From Candidatus Eiseniibacteriota bacterium (GTDB lineage: Bacteria > Eisenbacteria > RBG-16-71-46 > JABDJR01 > JAWXBZ01), in contig JAWXBZ010000155.1 of NCBI GenBank assembly GCA_034440375.1, forward strand, positions 1 through 23,586: DNA of 23,586 nucleotides. The letters are read 5' to 3'. The notes beneath the pieces were generated by a model, which was given only the letters and a program-made list of their open reading frames with translations, did no database searches and was not told the origin of the DNA. The translations under genes were made by a program, and so were the position numbers. Each line of letters starts with the position of its first letter. The first letter of the stretch is position 1. Below, one piece after another: positions 16,596-23,586 of this stretch.

Positions 16596-16606
16596 GGTGG
16601 AAAAGC

Positions 16607-18940
16607 CTAGCCGGATTTCTTTGCGGCGGTCAACCGCTCGATCAGCCTGGCAACGCCCGGATGGTCGGGCGCGAGCGCCCGTGCCAGAAACGCCTGTTCC
16701 CTCGCTTCGTCGAGCCGTCCCTGCTGTTCCAACGCCGCGGCCAGGCCGTACAACGCGCCAGGCTCGCGCGCCGCGACCGCCAGCGAGGCGCGGAAATCCA
16801 TTTCTGCATCCACCGGACGCTGCATCTCAAGCAGCAGGAATCCCCGATTCATGCGAACCCGCTGGTCGTTCGGCTGGAGCTGTATCGCCCGTCCGTAATT
16901 TGCCAGGGCCTCGTCATGGCGTCCCTGCCGCTGGTAGCAGACGGCTAGATTATCCCAGCCGAGCGCGTACCCCGGGTCGGCCGAAAGGAGTCGGACAAGC
17001 AGCGTCTCGGCCGAGGCATAGTCCTCCCGTTTCAAGAGCACGGCGGCGAGATTGGCCACCGCGGTGCGATCGGCGGGATCGGCGGCGAGCGCGCGGCGAA
17101 AGGCCGTCTCGGCCTCGACCATCCGCCCCTCCTTCGCCAGGACGATGCCGAGATTCACCAGGGAGCGCGCGTCGGCCGGTGCGTGCTGGTCATCGGCCGA
17201 CACGATGCCGGCAACCGGATCACGCCCCGGGGGTCGCGCTGCGTGCCCATCGAACAGGGTTCCGGGCTGGAAGGCCTCCGTCAGCGGCCGTCCCTCCAGC
17301 TCATCCGGCAGCGGGAGCCCAAGTCGTGCCAGTAATGTCGGCGCGATGTCATAGACCGTGGCGGAGGTGAGCGCCGCGCCCGGCTTGACACCGGGCCCGG
17401 CGAGGATCACGACGCCGTCGAGAAGATGCCAGCGCGCCGCATCGGCCTCTTCCATCTCGGCGCTCCCCGAAAGGCGGGCCTGGCCGGAGCGAAAACCATG
17501 ATCCGAGACAACCATGATCAGGGTGCTCTCGTCCGCGGCTTCGATGAAACGACCGAGCATCTCGTCCTGGCGGCGATACGCCTCGCGGACGGCGTGCCCG
17601 AATCGACGGCCGTCGTCCGCGGCCACGCCGGGCATCAAGGGGGGCGCAAAGGGCATGAACAGGTGGCCGGTGGCATCGATAAACTCGAAGTAGACGGCCA
17701 TGACATCCGGACGCCGCGTGCGATACAGCTCGAGCCCCAGCGCCGCGTAGCTCTCGGCCGTGGCCAGCGTGTGGATGAAGTTGTTGATTCGATTCCCCTT
17801 CTCGTAGCCGCCCCGCCGCGCCGCCTTGATCTCGGCGGGTGGGACGTCCAGGTAGCGTCGTACCATCGCGTCCGTTACGGCTTCGGACGCGACCGCAAGG
17901 CTTTCGTGACCCTCGAGGAGGTCCGCCGGATAGATCACGTCGGCGTCCGGCGTGGTGGCCGATTTTCCGGCGAAAGCCAGGAATCCGAATCGATCGGTGA
18001 CAATGAATCCTTCGATCGATTCGGCGGGCCAGGTGGCCAGCCATCCGATGATGCCGCTGGAACGCCCGGCGGACGATGCCCGATTCCAGAACGCGGGCAC
18101 GCGCCGAAGACGACTGGTGGCCGGCACCGACTTGCCGGTGGCCGGATCGTTGACCATGAAATCAAGAATGCCGTGGCGGGCCGGGGAGACGCCGGTAGCG
18201 ATCGTGGTCCATATCAGCGGCGAGAGGAGCGGTTCGATGGAGCGGAGCGGCCCCGACGCACCTCGTTCGACGAGCATCGAGAGCACCGGCAACTGCCCTT
18301 CGCTGCGAAGCCGGTCGATGATGGTCCAATCAGCGGCATCTATTCCGACGAGCAGGACTTTTCCGCGGAATGGATTTGCGCCGCCCGTGGGCAGAGCTTC
18401 CCTTCCGGGGGCGGCCAGTGTCGTCACTTCGATGGACAGGAGTCGGGCGCCCGATTCATTGAACGACGGTCGCATCCGCGTGGCCAGTGTTTCCGCCAGC
18501 CGGGGTCCGTCGAGATTCTCGATCGATTGCTCGGCCGCGGCCAGGCGGAGTTCGCTCTTCAGCAGGGGAACGAAATGACCTCGCGCATTACCGCCCACCG
18601 CCGCCTGGAATCGGGGGAGATCCGCGTTGCTCACCTCAAATCGAAGGGAAAGCGCCACGACGAGCGGTGCGCCCGCTGCGGTGAAAGCGCCGAATCGCCC
18701 TTCCGCCGTGTCGGCTTCGGCCGGAAAGGCGATCGTCATCGGCCCGGCAGGCCAGAGCGACATCCTTCCCGAGAGAGGAGAGACGACGTGTCGTCCGGGT
18801 CCGAGGACTCGCGCGCCGCTTCCGGAACCGACGACTCCCCGCTGTCCGGGCGGCACGGAGCGGATGGAGAGCACGAGTAAGACCGCCCCGGCGAGCCCGA
18901 CGACCAGTGCTGGAAGGATCCAGCGGGGGCGGCGACTCAT
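16607..18940 (-). CDS. Membrane-anchored tri-domain protein: SPFH/band-7-like domain + alkaline-phosphatase-superfamily type I phosphodiesterase/nucleotide pyrophosphatase (COG3379-like) + C-terminal TPR repeats
   Basis: N-terminal anchor MSRRPRWILPALVVGLAGAVLLVLSI. Then VPPGQRGVV...LGPGRHVV.P......FEV...LP...A... follows the SPFH N-terminal pattern (V.eGerGVv..fG.....l.PGlhf.iP). The middle domain has VLLVGIDAADW, SPLIWTTIATGVSPARHGILDF, MVVSDHGF and WHLLDGVVILAGPG...VYDIAPTLLARLGLPLP (AlkP-core metal/nucleophile motifs). The C-terminal roughly 200 aa are TPR (AETAFRRALAADPAD...YQRQGRHDEALANYGRAIQLQPND...). Its stop is 11 nt before the next gene. Confidence 0.6.
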   Translation of the reverse strand: MSRRPRWILPALVVGLAGAVLLVLSIRSVPPGQRGVVGSGSGARVLGPGRHVVSPLSGRMSLWPAGPMTIAFPAEADTAEGRFGAFTAAGAPLVVALSLRFEVSNADLPRFQAAVGGNARGHFVPLLKSELRLAAAEQSIENLDGPRLAETLATRMRPSFNESGARLLSIEVTTLAAPGREALPTGGANPFRGKVLLVGIDAADWTIIDRLRSEGQLPVLSMLVERGASGPLRSIEPLLSPLIWTTIATGVSPARHGILDFMVNDPATGKSVPATSRLRRVPAFWNRASSAGRSSGIIGWLATWPAESIEGFIVTDRFGFLAFAGKSATTPDADVIYPADLLEGHESLAVASEAVTDAMVRRYLDVPPAEIKAARRGGYEKGNRINNFIHTLATAESYAALGLELYRTRRPDVMAVYFEFIDATGHLFMPFAPPLMPGVAADDGRRFGHAVREAYRRQDEMLGRFIEAADESTLIMVVSDHGFRSGQARLSGSAEMEEADAARWHLLDGVVILAGPGVKPGAALTSATVYDIAPTLLARLGLPLPDELEGRPLTEAFQPGTLFDGHAARPPGRDPVAGIVSADDQHAPADARSLVNLGIVLAKEGRMVEAETAFRRALAADPADRTAVANLAAVLLKREDYASAETLLVRLLSADPGYALGWDNLAVCYQRQGRHDEALANYGRAIQLQPNDQRVRMNRGFLLLEMQRPVDAEMDFRASLAVAAREPGALYGLAAALEQQGRLDEAREQAFLARALAPDHPGVARLIERLTAAKKSG

Positions 18941-18961
18941 TCCGACCTACTTCGCCGGCCG

Positions 18962-18976
18962 TTGATCTGGTAAACT
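18962..18976 (+). promoter_or_regulatory. Candidate sigma70-type promoter for typA in the 91-bp divergent intergenic region (TTGATC ... extended -10 TGgTAAACT)
   Basis: TTGATC at 18962-18967 overlaps/abuts TG at 18968-18969 and TAAACT at 18971-18976 (TGnTAAACT, an extended -10-like element). Called by eye only; spacing to a -35 is non-canonical. Confidence 0.2.
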
Positions 18977-19031
18977 ATCCCGCTTCATTTCACCATGATA
19001 GTCGAACAGCGAAACCGTCAGGAGAACCTTT

Positions 19032-20858
19032 GTGAGCATCGCCCGTCGTCTGGACATCCGTAATCTGGCCATCATCGCCCACGTTGACCATGGCAAGACC
19101 ACCCTGGTCGACGCCCTCCTGTGGCAAAGCGGCATCTTCCGCGCCAACCAGGAGGTGATGGAACGGGTCATGGACTCGAACGACCTGGAGCGGGAAAAGG
19201 GGATCACCATCCTGGCCAAGAACACGGCGGTGACCTACAAGGGAACGAAGATCAATATCGTCGACACGCCCGGCCACGCTGATTTCGGCGGCGAGGTCGA
19301 ACGGACCCTCAAGATGGTGGAAGGCGTGCTGCTCCTGGTCGATGCCTCCGAGGGGCCGCTGCCGCAGACCCGATTCGTCCTGAAAAAGGCGCTGGAACTC
19401 AAACTGACCCCCATCGTGGTCATCAACAAGATCGATCGAAAGGACGCCCGGATTGCCGAGGTCGTCGACGAGGTGTACGGACTCTTCATCGACCTGGACG
19501 CCGAGGAAGGTCAGCTCGACTTTCCGATTCTTTACACCGTGGCCCGAAACGGCACGGTGCGACTGACCCCGGATGGCCCTGATACCTTGCTGGGTCCCTT
19601 GTTCGATCAGATCATCGAAACGATTCCCGCGCCGTCCTATGACCCGGACGAGGGACTCCAGATCCTCATTCTCAATCTTGACTATTCCGATTTTGTCGGA
19701 CGCCTGGCCATCGGCCGCGTCGTGAATGGGACCATCAAATCGAAGGGCCCCGTCAGCCTCTGCCGCCTGGATGGCACCGTCGTCAACGGCAAGATCACGA
19801 ACCTCTACGTTTTCGACGGGCTGGAGCGGAAGGAAACCCTTGAGGCCGGCCCCGGGGACCTGGTCGCCATTTCCGGAATCGATGATGTGGCAATCGGCGA
19901 GACCATCTGCAACATCGACCGGCCCAAGGCGCTGCCGCCGATCCACATTGACGAGCCCACGGTCTCGATTCTTTTCTCGGTCAACACCTCGCCGTTCTCC
20001 GGACAGGACGGCAAATACGTCACCAGCCGCCAGCTGCGGGAGCGTCTTTACAAGGAAATCCTGACCAACGTGTCGATTCGGGTCGAGGACACCGACAGTC
20101 CCGACGCGATCAAGGTTTCCGGGCGTGGCGAGCTTCAGCTGGCCATCCTCATCGAGATGATGCGGCGCGAGGGCTATGAGCTGGCCGTCGCCAAGCCGGA
20201 GGTCATCACCAAGACGACAAACGGCGCGTTGCACGAGCCGATGGAGCATCTGATCATCGACTGCCCCGAGGAGTACATCGGCGTGGTCACCCAAAAACTC
20301 GGGCCGCGCAAGGGGCGCATGACCAAGATGACCAACCATGGCACCGGGCGGGTCCGCCTCGAGTTCCGCATCCCGAGCCGTGGCCTCATCGGCTTCCGGT
20401 CCGAATTCCTGACCGACACCCGCGGCACCGGTATTCTGAACCACCTGTTTGATGGCTGGGAGCCTTGGGCTGGCCCCATCGCCTCCCGGGTCAGCGGGGC
20501 CCTCGTGGCCGATCGCCCGGGCAAAACGACCGGCTACGCCATCGAGCATCTGCAGGACCGCGGGGTGATGTTCATCAAGCCCGGCGAAACGGTTTACGAG
20601 GGAATGATCGTGGGCGAGAACGCGCGGGCCAATGACCTGGATGTGAACATCGTCAAGGAAAAGAAGCTGACGAACATGCGGGCGTCCGGCTCCGAAGAGT
20701 CGATTCCGCTCCTCCCTCCGCGCCAGTTCAGCCTGGAACAGGCGCTGGAATTCATCAAGGACGACGAGCTGCTGGAGATCACGCCGCGGATCTTCCGCTT
20801 TCGGAAACGCGTGCTGGCCTCGAACATGCGCCCGAAGCGGCAGGACGATTCGAAGTAG
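19032..20858 (+). CDS. typA: Translational GTPase TypA/BipA
   Basis: [22 protein letters not shown] (G1), [30 protein letters not shown] (G3), and NKID, over a full 608-aa length with BipA-specific C-terminal region. The GTG start is preceded by AGGAGA at 19020-19025. Confidence 0.95.
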   Translation: MSIARRLDIRNLAIIAHVDHGKTTLVDALLWQSGIFRANQEVMERVMDSNDLEREKGITILAKNTAVTYKGTKINIVDTPGHADFGGEVERTLKMVEGVLLLVDASEGPLPQTRFVLKKALELKLTPIVVINKIDRKDARIAEVVDEVYGLFIDLDAEEGQLDFPILYTVARNGTVRLTPDGPDTLLGPLFDQIIETIPAPSYDPDEGLQILILNLDYSDFVGRLAIGRVVNGTIKSKGPVSLCRLDGTVVNGKITNLYVFDGLERKETLEAGPGDLVAISGIDDVAIGETICNIDRPKALPPIHIDEPTVSILFSVNTSPFSGQDGKYVTSRQLRERLYKEILTNVSIRVEDTDSPDAIKVSGRGELQLAILIEMMRREGYELAVAKPEVITKTTNGALHEPMEHLIIDCPEEYIGVVTQKLGPRKGRMTKMTNHGTGRVRLEFRIPSRGLIGFRSEFLTDTRGTGILNHLFDGWEPWAGPIASRVSGALVADRPGKTTGYAIEHLQDRGVMFIKPGETVYEGMIVGENARANDLDVNIVKEKKLTNMRASGSEESIPLLPPRQFSLEQALEFIKDDELLEITPRIFRFRKRVLASNMRPKRQDDSK

Positions 20859-20875
20859 GGCCGTTACTCCGGCCC
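20858..20875. terminator. GC-rich hairpin (6-bp stem gggccg/cggccc, 6-nt loop) covering the 5-bp gap between convergent typA and the NYN-LOTUS gene; possible bidirectional terminator
   Basis: Direct reading: gggccg ttactc cggccc. The stem overlaps the typA TAG (20856-58), and the TAA of the minus-strand gene (20864-66) lies in the loop. No U-tract follows on either strand. Confidence 0.3.
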
Positions 20876-21964
20876 CATCTCGTCGTCACTGATCGGCGCG
20901 GGTGTCGGGGCTCCTGTACGGTACATCGCTTCCTCTTCCTCCTCGACATCCGGCAGGCCGAGTTCGCGGGCGCGGCGGCGCCATTCCTCCTGCGGGTCGA
21001 CGGCGGTCGGGCCGAACGCCTGATTGGCGGGACGATAACTGCCCTGGGAACTCCCCGAGCCGTAGCCGCCGTTGCCGCCACCGTGTGACGACAGTCCGCC
21101 GGAGTGTCCGCCGTTGGAAGGTGAACCGGGCAGGATTCCCATGGCCGCGTTGATCGCCGCCGCGGCGGCGGCGTGGTGTTCGGGCAGATTCGTCACGGCC
21201 CGGCCGGCCAGCACATCCTTCACGCCGCCATGGTTCCGGTTCAATTTGCACACTCGATAGCCGTCCGTTCGCTGTTCCTTCATGAGAATGCCGTCGCGGA
21301 TGGCATCGGCCACCAGCTGTCGCGCTTCCTCTTCCTGAAGGCCCGGGAATTCGCTGGACGTGGACATGGCCGCCGAGATGTACTTGAACGTGATGAACGG
21401 CTTCGAGCGCTCGAGGCGATCGCAGAAGCGGACGAACGAGGTGAAGCGTTCGGTGGCCCCAACCGGCTCGAAGACCAGCGGGTCGAAGTTGGAGCCGGCC
21501 GCCTCGACGAGATCGTTGGACACCGAGCCGGGTACGCCGGCGATGATCACCGTCTTGCCATAGCGGTTCCGCGCGATCGTGACGGCCCGGATGAAGTGCC
21601 GGTCGCCGGTCATCAGGACAAAGGTCTTCACGAACGGACGGTCCAGGAAGGTTTCGAATATATCCATGAGCATTTCCATGTCGGCGCCGCTCTTCTTGCT
21701 GTCGCCCATCTTGTGGGCGGCGACGTTGATGGCGGTGATGCCCGACACCTGGAGATCGCGCTGCACCCGATCGGGGTGTTCGCTGAAATCGGCGTAGGCC
21801 CGCGACAGGGTGACCAAACCGTGTTTGCGGGCCTTTTCCATCAACATCTGGCCGCCGACTTCGCGTCCATAGGTGTTGAGCACGCTGTAACGAATATTTT
21901 CAAAGTCAATGAAGAGAGCAACCTGTTCCTGGGGGCGCTCGGTTTCGGAAATGTCACCGGTCAT
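20864..21964 (-). CDS. NYN-domain (LabA-like) predicted RNase fused to OST-HTH/LOTUS RNA-binding domain, with Gly/Ser-rich and acidic C-terminal tail
   Basis: VALFIDFENIRYS...LSRAYADF...FVLMTGDRHFIRAVTIARNRYGKTVIIAG is the NYN/LabA pattern (Asp-rich PIN-like site). FVRFCDRLERSKPFITFKYISAAM...EARQLVADAIRDGILMKEQRTDGYRVCKLN matches OST-HTH/LOTUS. The tail is GGHSGGLSSHGGGNGGYGSGSSQGSY...DVEEEEEAMY. Start set at ATG 21964 (14 aa before the domain). GTG 22042 (ORF track) is an alternative giving a 26-aa longer N-terminus. Confidence 0.7.
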   Translation of the reverse strand: MTGDISETERPQEQVALFIDFENIRYSVLNTYGREVGGQMLMEKARKHGLVTLSRAYADFSEHPDRVQRDLQVSGITAINVAAHKMGDSKKSGADMEMLMDIFETFLDRPFVKTFVLMTGDRHFIRAVTIARNRYGKTVIIAGVPGSVSNDLVEAAGSNFDPLVFEPVGATERFTSFVRFCDRLERSKPFITFKYISAAMSTSSEFPGLQEEEARQLVADAIRDGILMKEQRTDGYRVCKLNRNHGGVKDVLAGRAVTNLPEHHAAAAAAINAAMGILPGSPSNGGHSGGLSSHGGGNGGYGSGSSQGSYRPANQAFGPTAVDPQEEWRRRARELGLPDVEEEEEAMYRTGAPTPAPISDDEMGPE

Positions 21965-22095
21965 CGGTTGTCGTGTCCTCTCATCGGGGGTCGTTACCCT
22001 GGTTATCGTGTGTCCGACGGCCGGAGCCGGAGGATTCAACACGACCTAAGGGGAGCAGCCGGTTGCCCGGCCGAAACAGTTTGAGGTGTCGCTTG

Positions 22096-22110
22096 GAATC
22101 GAATCGATTC
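22096..22110. promoter_or_regulatory. Perfect 10-bp palindrome gaatcgattc (22101-22110) preceded by a third gaatc half-site (22096-22100), in the 242-bp intergenic region upstream of the NYN-LOTUS gene; candidate operator or RNA hairpin
   Basis: Direct reading of ggaatcgaatcgattcaatc. gaatcgattc is its own reverse complement. Confidence 0.4.
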
Positions 22111-22207
22111 AATCAGTTATCGTTCCAGTTTTCCGGTGATGTCGATCGGCCCGACCGGATCAGGCCTCCGTGGTGTCGTACATATTGGGGGCAATGCCTC
22201 GCAACGA

Positions 22208-22238
22208 AATCAACAACCAGCAAATCAACGCAATCAAC
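22208..22238. repeat. Three copies of aatcaac (22208, 22223, 22232) in an A/C-rich, low-GC stretch of the same intergenic region
   Basis: Direct reading: gaaatcaacaaccagcaaatcaacgcaatcaactg. Local G+C is far below the window average. Confidence 0.6.
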
Positions 22239-22284
22239 TGATGGAATCAGTCTACTCGCCGATGTCCGTGTCGGCAAGGGGAAA

Positions 22285-23586
22285 TCAGGCGATCGTTCGA
22301 TCAGGCAGACGGCTGAGCTGATCAAGTTGATCGGCCCGCCTTCGATCGGTAACAGCGCCATCGGGAGGAATCTTCCGATCCGGATTCCCGATGCCCGACA
22401 CGAGCGATTCCGTCAGGTCGGCGCGCACGCGAAGGCTCCTCGCCAGGTGGAGTCGGTGATCGAGCCGTTCGTGAATCTCGATCGCCTCCTCGATCGCGAT
22501 CCTGCCGGCGGCGATGTTTCCCTGCGCGGCCTCGCAAACGGCCGAAAGGCGGAGCCCGTAGCCCAGGTATCCCTCGGCTCCTCTTGCGCGCGTCAGACGG
22601 AGCAGTTCGTCGAGAATCGGGCGCGCCTCCTCCGGGCGCCCGCTCCGGATCGCGATCTCGGCCAGGACCGGAAGGCGCGTGATCATCACCACGAAGTTGT
22701 CGCCGGGTTTCGGGAGAGTGGGATCCGAGATGACGAGGGAAGCGCCGGCAAGGTCTCCGGCCACGAGGTGTGCCGAAGCCACATTGGCTGCCATCAGGTG
22801 ATGCATCAACCACTGGCCGGTCAGGATCACCCACTCCCGTGTGCGTGCGGCCATGGCACGCCAGCCGTCGTCACCAAGTTCGGCCAGAGCGAGTGTCTGG
22901 AAGCCACCCAGGATGGCCGCCAGCCGCCATTCACCGATCGTTTCGGCGAGGGCCAGGCAGCGCTTCCCGGCGGCCACGGCCTCGGGGAGTCGTCCGCCAA
23001 AAAGGCAGGCGTCGTTCTCGACAAAGTCGGCCCAGGCGATCCGGTCGCGGGCGCCGATCTCGTGCCCGATCCGGCGATCGAGGGCCGCCTCGGCGACGGC
23101 CTCGCGCCACTGCCCGACCATGAAGGCCGCCTCACCCAGGAATTCGTGCCCGAGGGCGGAGGCCAGGGGATGGTTGTGAGACTCCCCGAATTCGACGGCC
23201 TCACGTGCGTACTTGCGGCTCATCGGGAAGTCGCCCAGGTGCTGATAGGCGCCCGCAAGAAAAGTCATGATGGTCGTCATGGTACCCGGGAGCTTGTCGA
23301 CTTCTGCATGGCGTCGCGCCTCCTCGAGCAGTTCGACCGACCGCCGGTGCTCGAACACGTAATGATGGTAACGGGCGATGGTTCCGAGCGTCCGTGCCGC
23401 CTGGTCCGGCTCGGCATCGCGATCGAGCCGCGCCATGACCCCCTCGAGGTGGGGAAGGCCGCGGACGTCTCCGATCGAGGCATAGTGCTGACCGATGTCG
23501 ATCTCGATGTCGGTTCGCTCCCGTTCATCCGCCACATGGGGGAGCGCGCTGACCAGTGCCTGCGCCGCGGCGGCGGAGGCGCCCGA
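22285..23586 (-). CDS. TPR-like/helical-repeat protein (regulator- or STAND-sensor-like C-terminal region); N-terminus lies beyond the window edge
   Basis: Long alpha-helical repeat-like sequence (…AYQHLGDFPMSRKYAREAVEF…, …GQWREAVAEAALDRRIGHEIGARDR…, …LAEIAIRSGRPEEARPILDELLRL…). The ORF-track start is a GTG at 23535, but the frame stays open with no stop through 23586 (…SGASAAAAQALVSALPHV-ADERER…), so the true start is probably outside the window. No catalytic motif was recognised. Confidence 0.45.
   Translation of the reverse strand, partial: SGASAAAAQALVSALPHVADERERTDIEIDIGQHYASIGDVRGLPHLEGVMARLDRDAEPDQAARTLGTIARYHHYVFEHRRSVELLEEARRHAEVDKLPGTMTTIMTFLAGAYQHLGDFPMSRKYAREAVEFGESHNHPLASALGHEFLGEAAFMVGQWREAVAEAALDRRIGHEIGARDRIAWADFVENDACLFGGRLPEAVAAGKRCLALAETIGEWRLAAILGGFQTLALAELGDDGWRAMAARTREWVILTGQWLMHHLMAANVASAHLVAGDLAGASLVISDPTLPKPGDNFVVMITRLPVLAEIAIRSGRPEEARPILDELLRLTRARGAEGYLGYGLRLSAVCEAAQGNIAAGRIAIEEAIEIHERLDHRLHLARSLRVRADLTESLVSGIGNPDRKIPPDGAVTDRRRADQLDQLSRLPDRTIA

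Noticed and set aside
22043-22140. A possible tRNA or tRNA fragment, prompted by a T-loop-like string (ttcgattcc / ggaatcgaatcgattc).
   Set aside because: It is one mismatch from the GTTCGAATCC consensus, and no acceptor stem, anticodon arm or CCA-compatible 3' end could be built by hand. It is better explained as a palindromic operator or hairpin.
1123-22238. The idea that the (tcaacaatc)x3 array upstream of Rrf2 and the aatcaac x3 array upstream of the NYN-LOTUS gene are the same regulator's binding motif.
   Set aside because: They share only a TCAACAA heptamer. Periodicity and flanks differ (caatcTcaac vs caatcaac). This is too weak to assert without genome-wide motif statistics, so it is kept only as a remark.
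1-23586. CRISPR arrays, rRNA genes, IS elements/transposases, integrases, and phage structural genes.
   Set aside because: No spaced direct-repeat arrays, rRNA-like conserved stretches, terminal inverted repeats or recombinase/transposase-like ORFs were found on either strand. The only repeats are the short promoter-region arrays listed above.

Overview
This is a high-GC (roughly two-thirds G+C) bacterial chromosomal segment, and the ORFs tile almost without gaps. On the + strand, positions 1-10311 hold an XdhC / YqeB(EF2563)-like pair, then a very tightly packed operon with overlapping start/stop codons: a CymR-like Rrf2 regulator, cysK, a LarE-type PP-loop sulfur insertase with a CxxC...C triad, a fused type-I dehydroquinase-shikimate dehydrogenase (aroDE), trpE, trpF, trpB, trpA, and a type I-beta DAHP synthase with an N-terminal regulatory domain. 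trpG, trpD and trpC are not present in the window. On the - strand, 18940 down to 10348 holds an envelope-directed cluster. Its members are a signal-anchored SPFH-AlkP phosphodiesterase-TPR protein, a lipoprotein that joins a metal-site-degenerate 5'-nucleotidase-like domain to a tetraheme cytochrome c, glutaryl-CoA dehydrogenase, a GT-C (PMT/ArnT-like) glycosyltransferase with C-terminal TPRs, a compositionally atypical coiled-coil lipoprotein, and a DUF1684 protein. typA/bipA diverges from that cluster. The window ends with a NYN-LOTUS(OST-HTH) RNA-binding nuclease gene and a partial TPR-like helical-repeat protein whose N-terminus lies outside the window. These two are separated by a 242-bp low-GC intergenic region carrying a perfect 10-bp palindrome and an 'aatcaac' triple repeat. 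No rRNA, tRNA, CRISPR array or obvious transposase was seen. All functional calls rest on motif-level recognition of the translated ORFs; no database search was possible.
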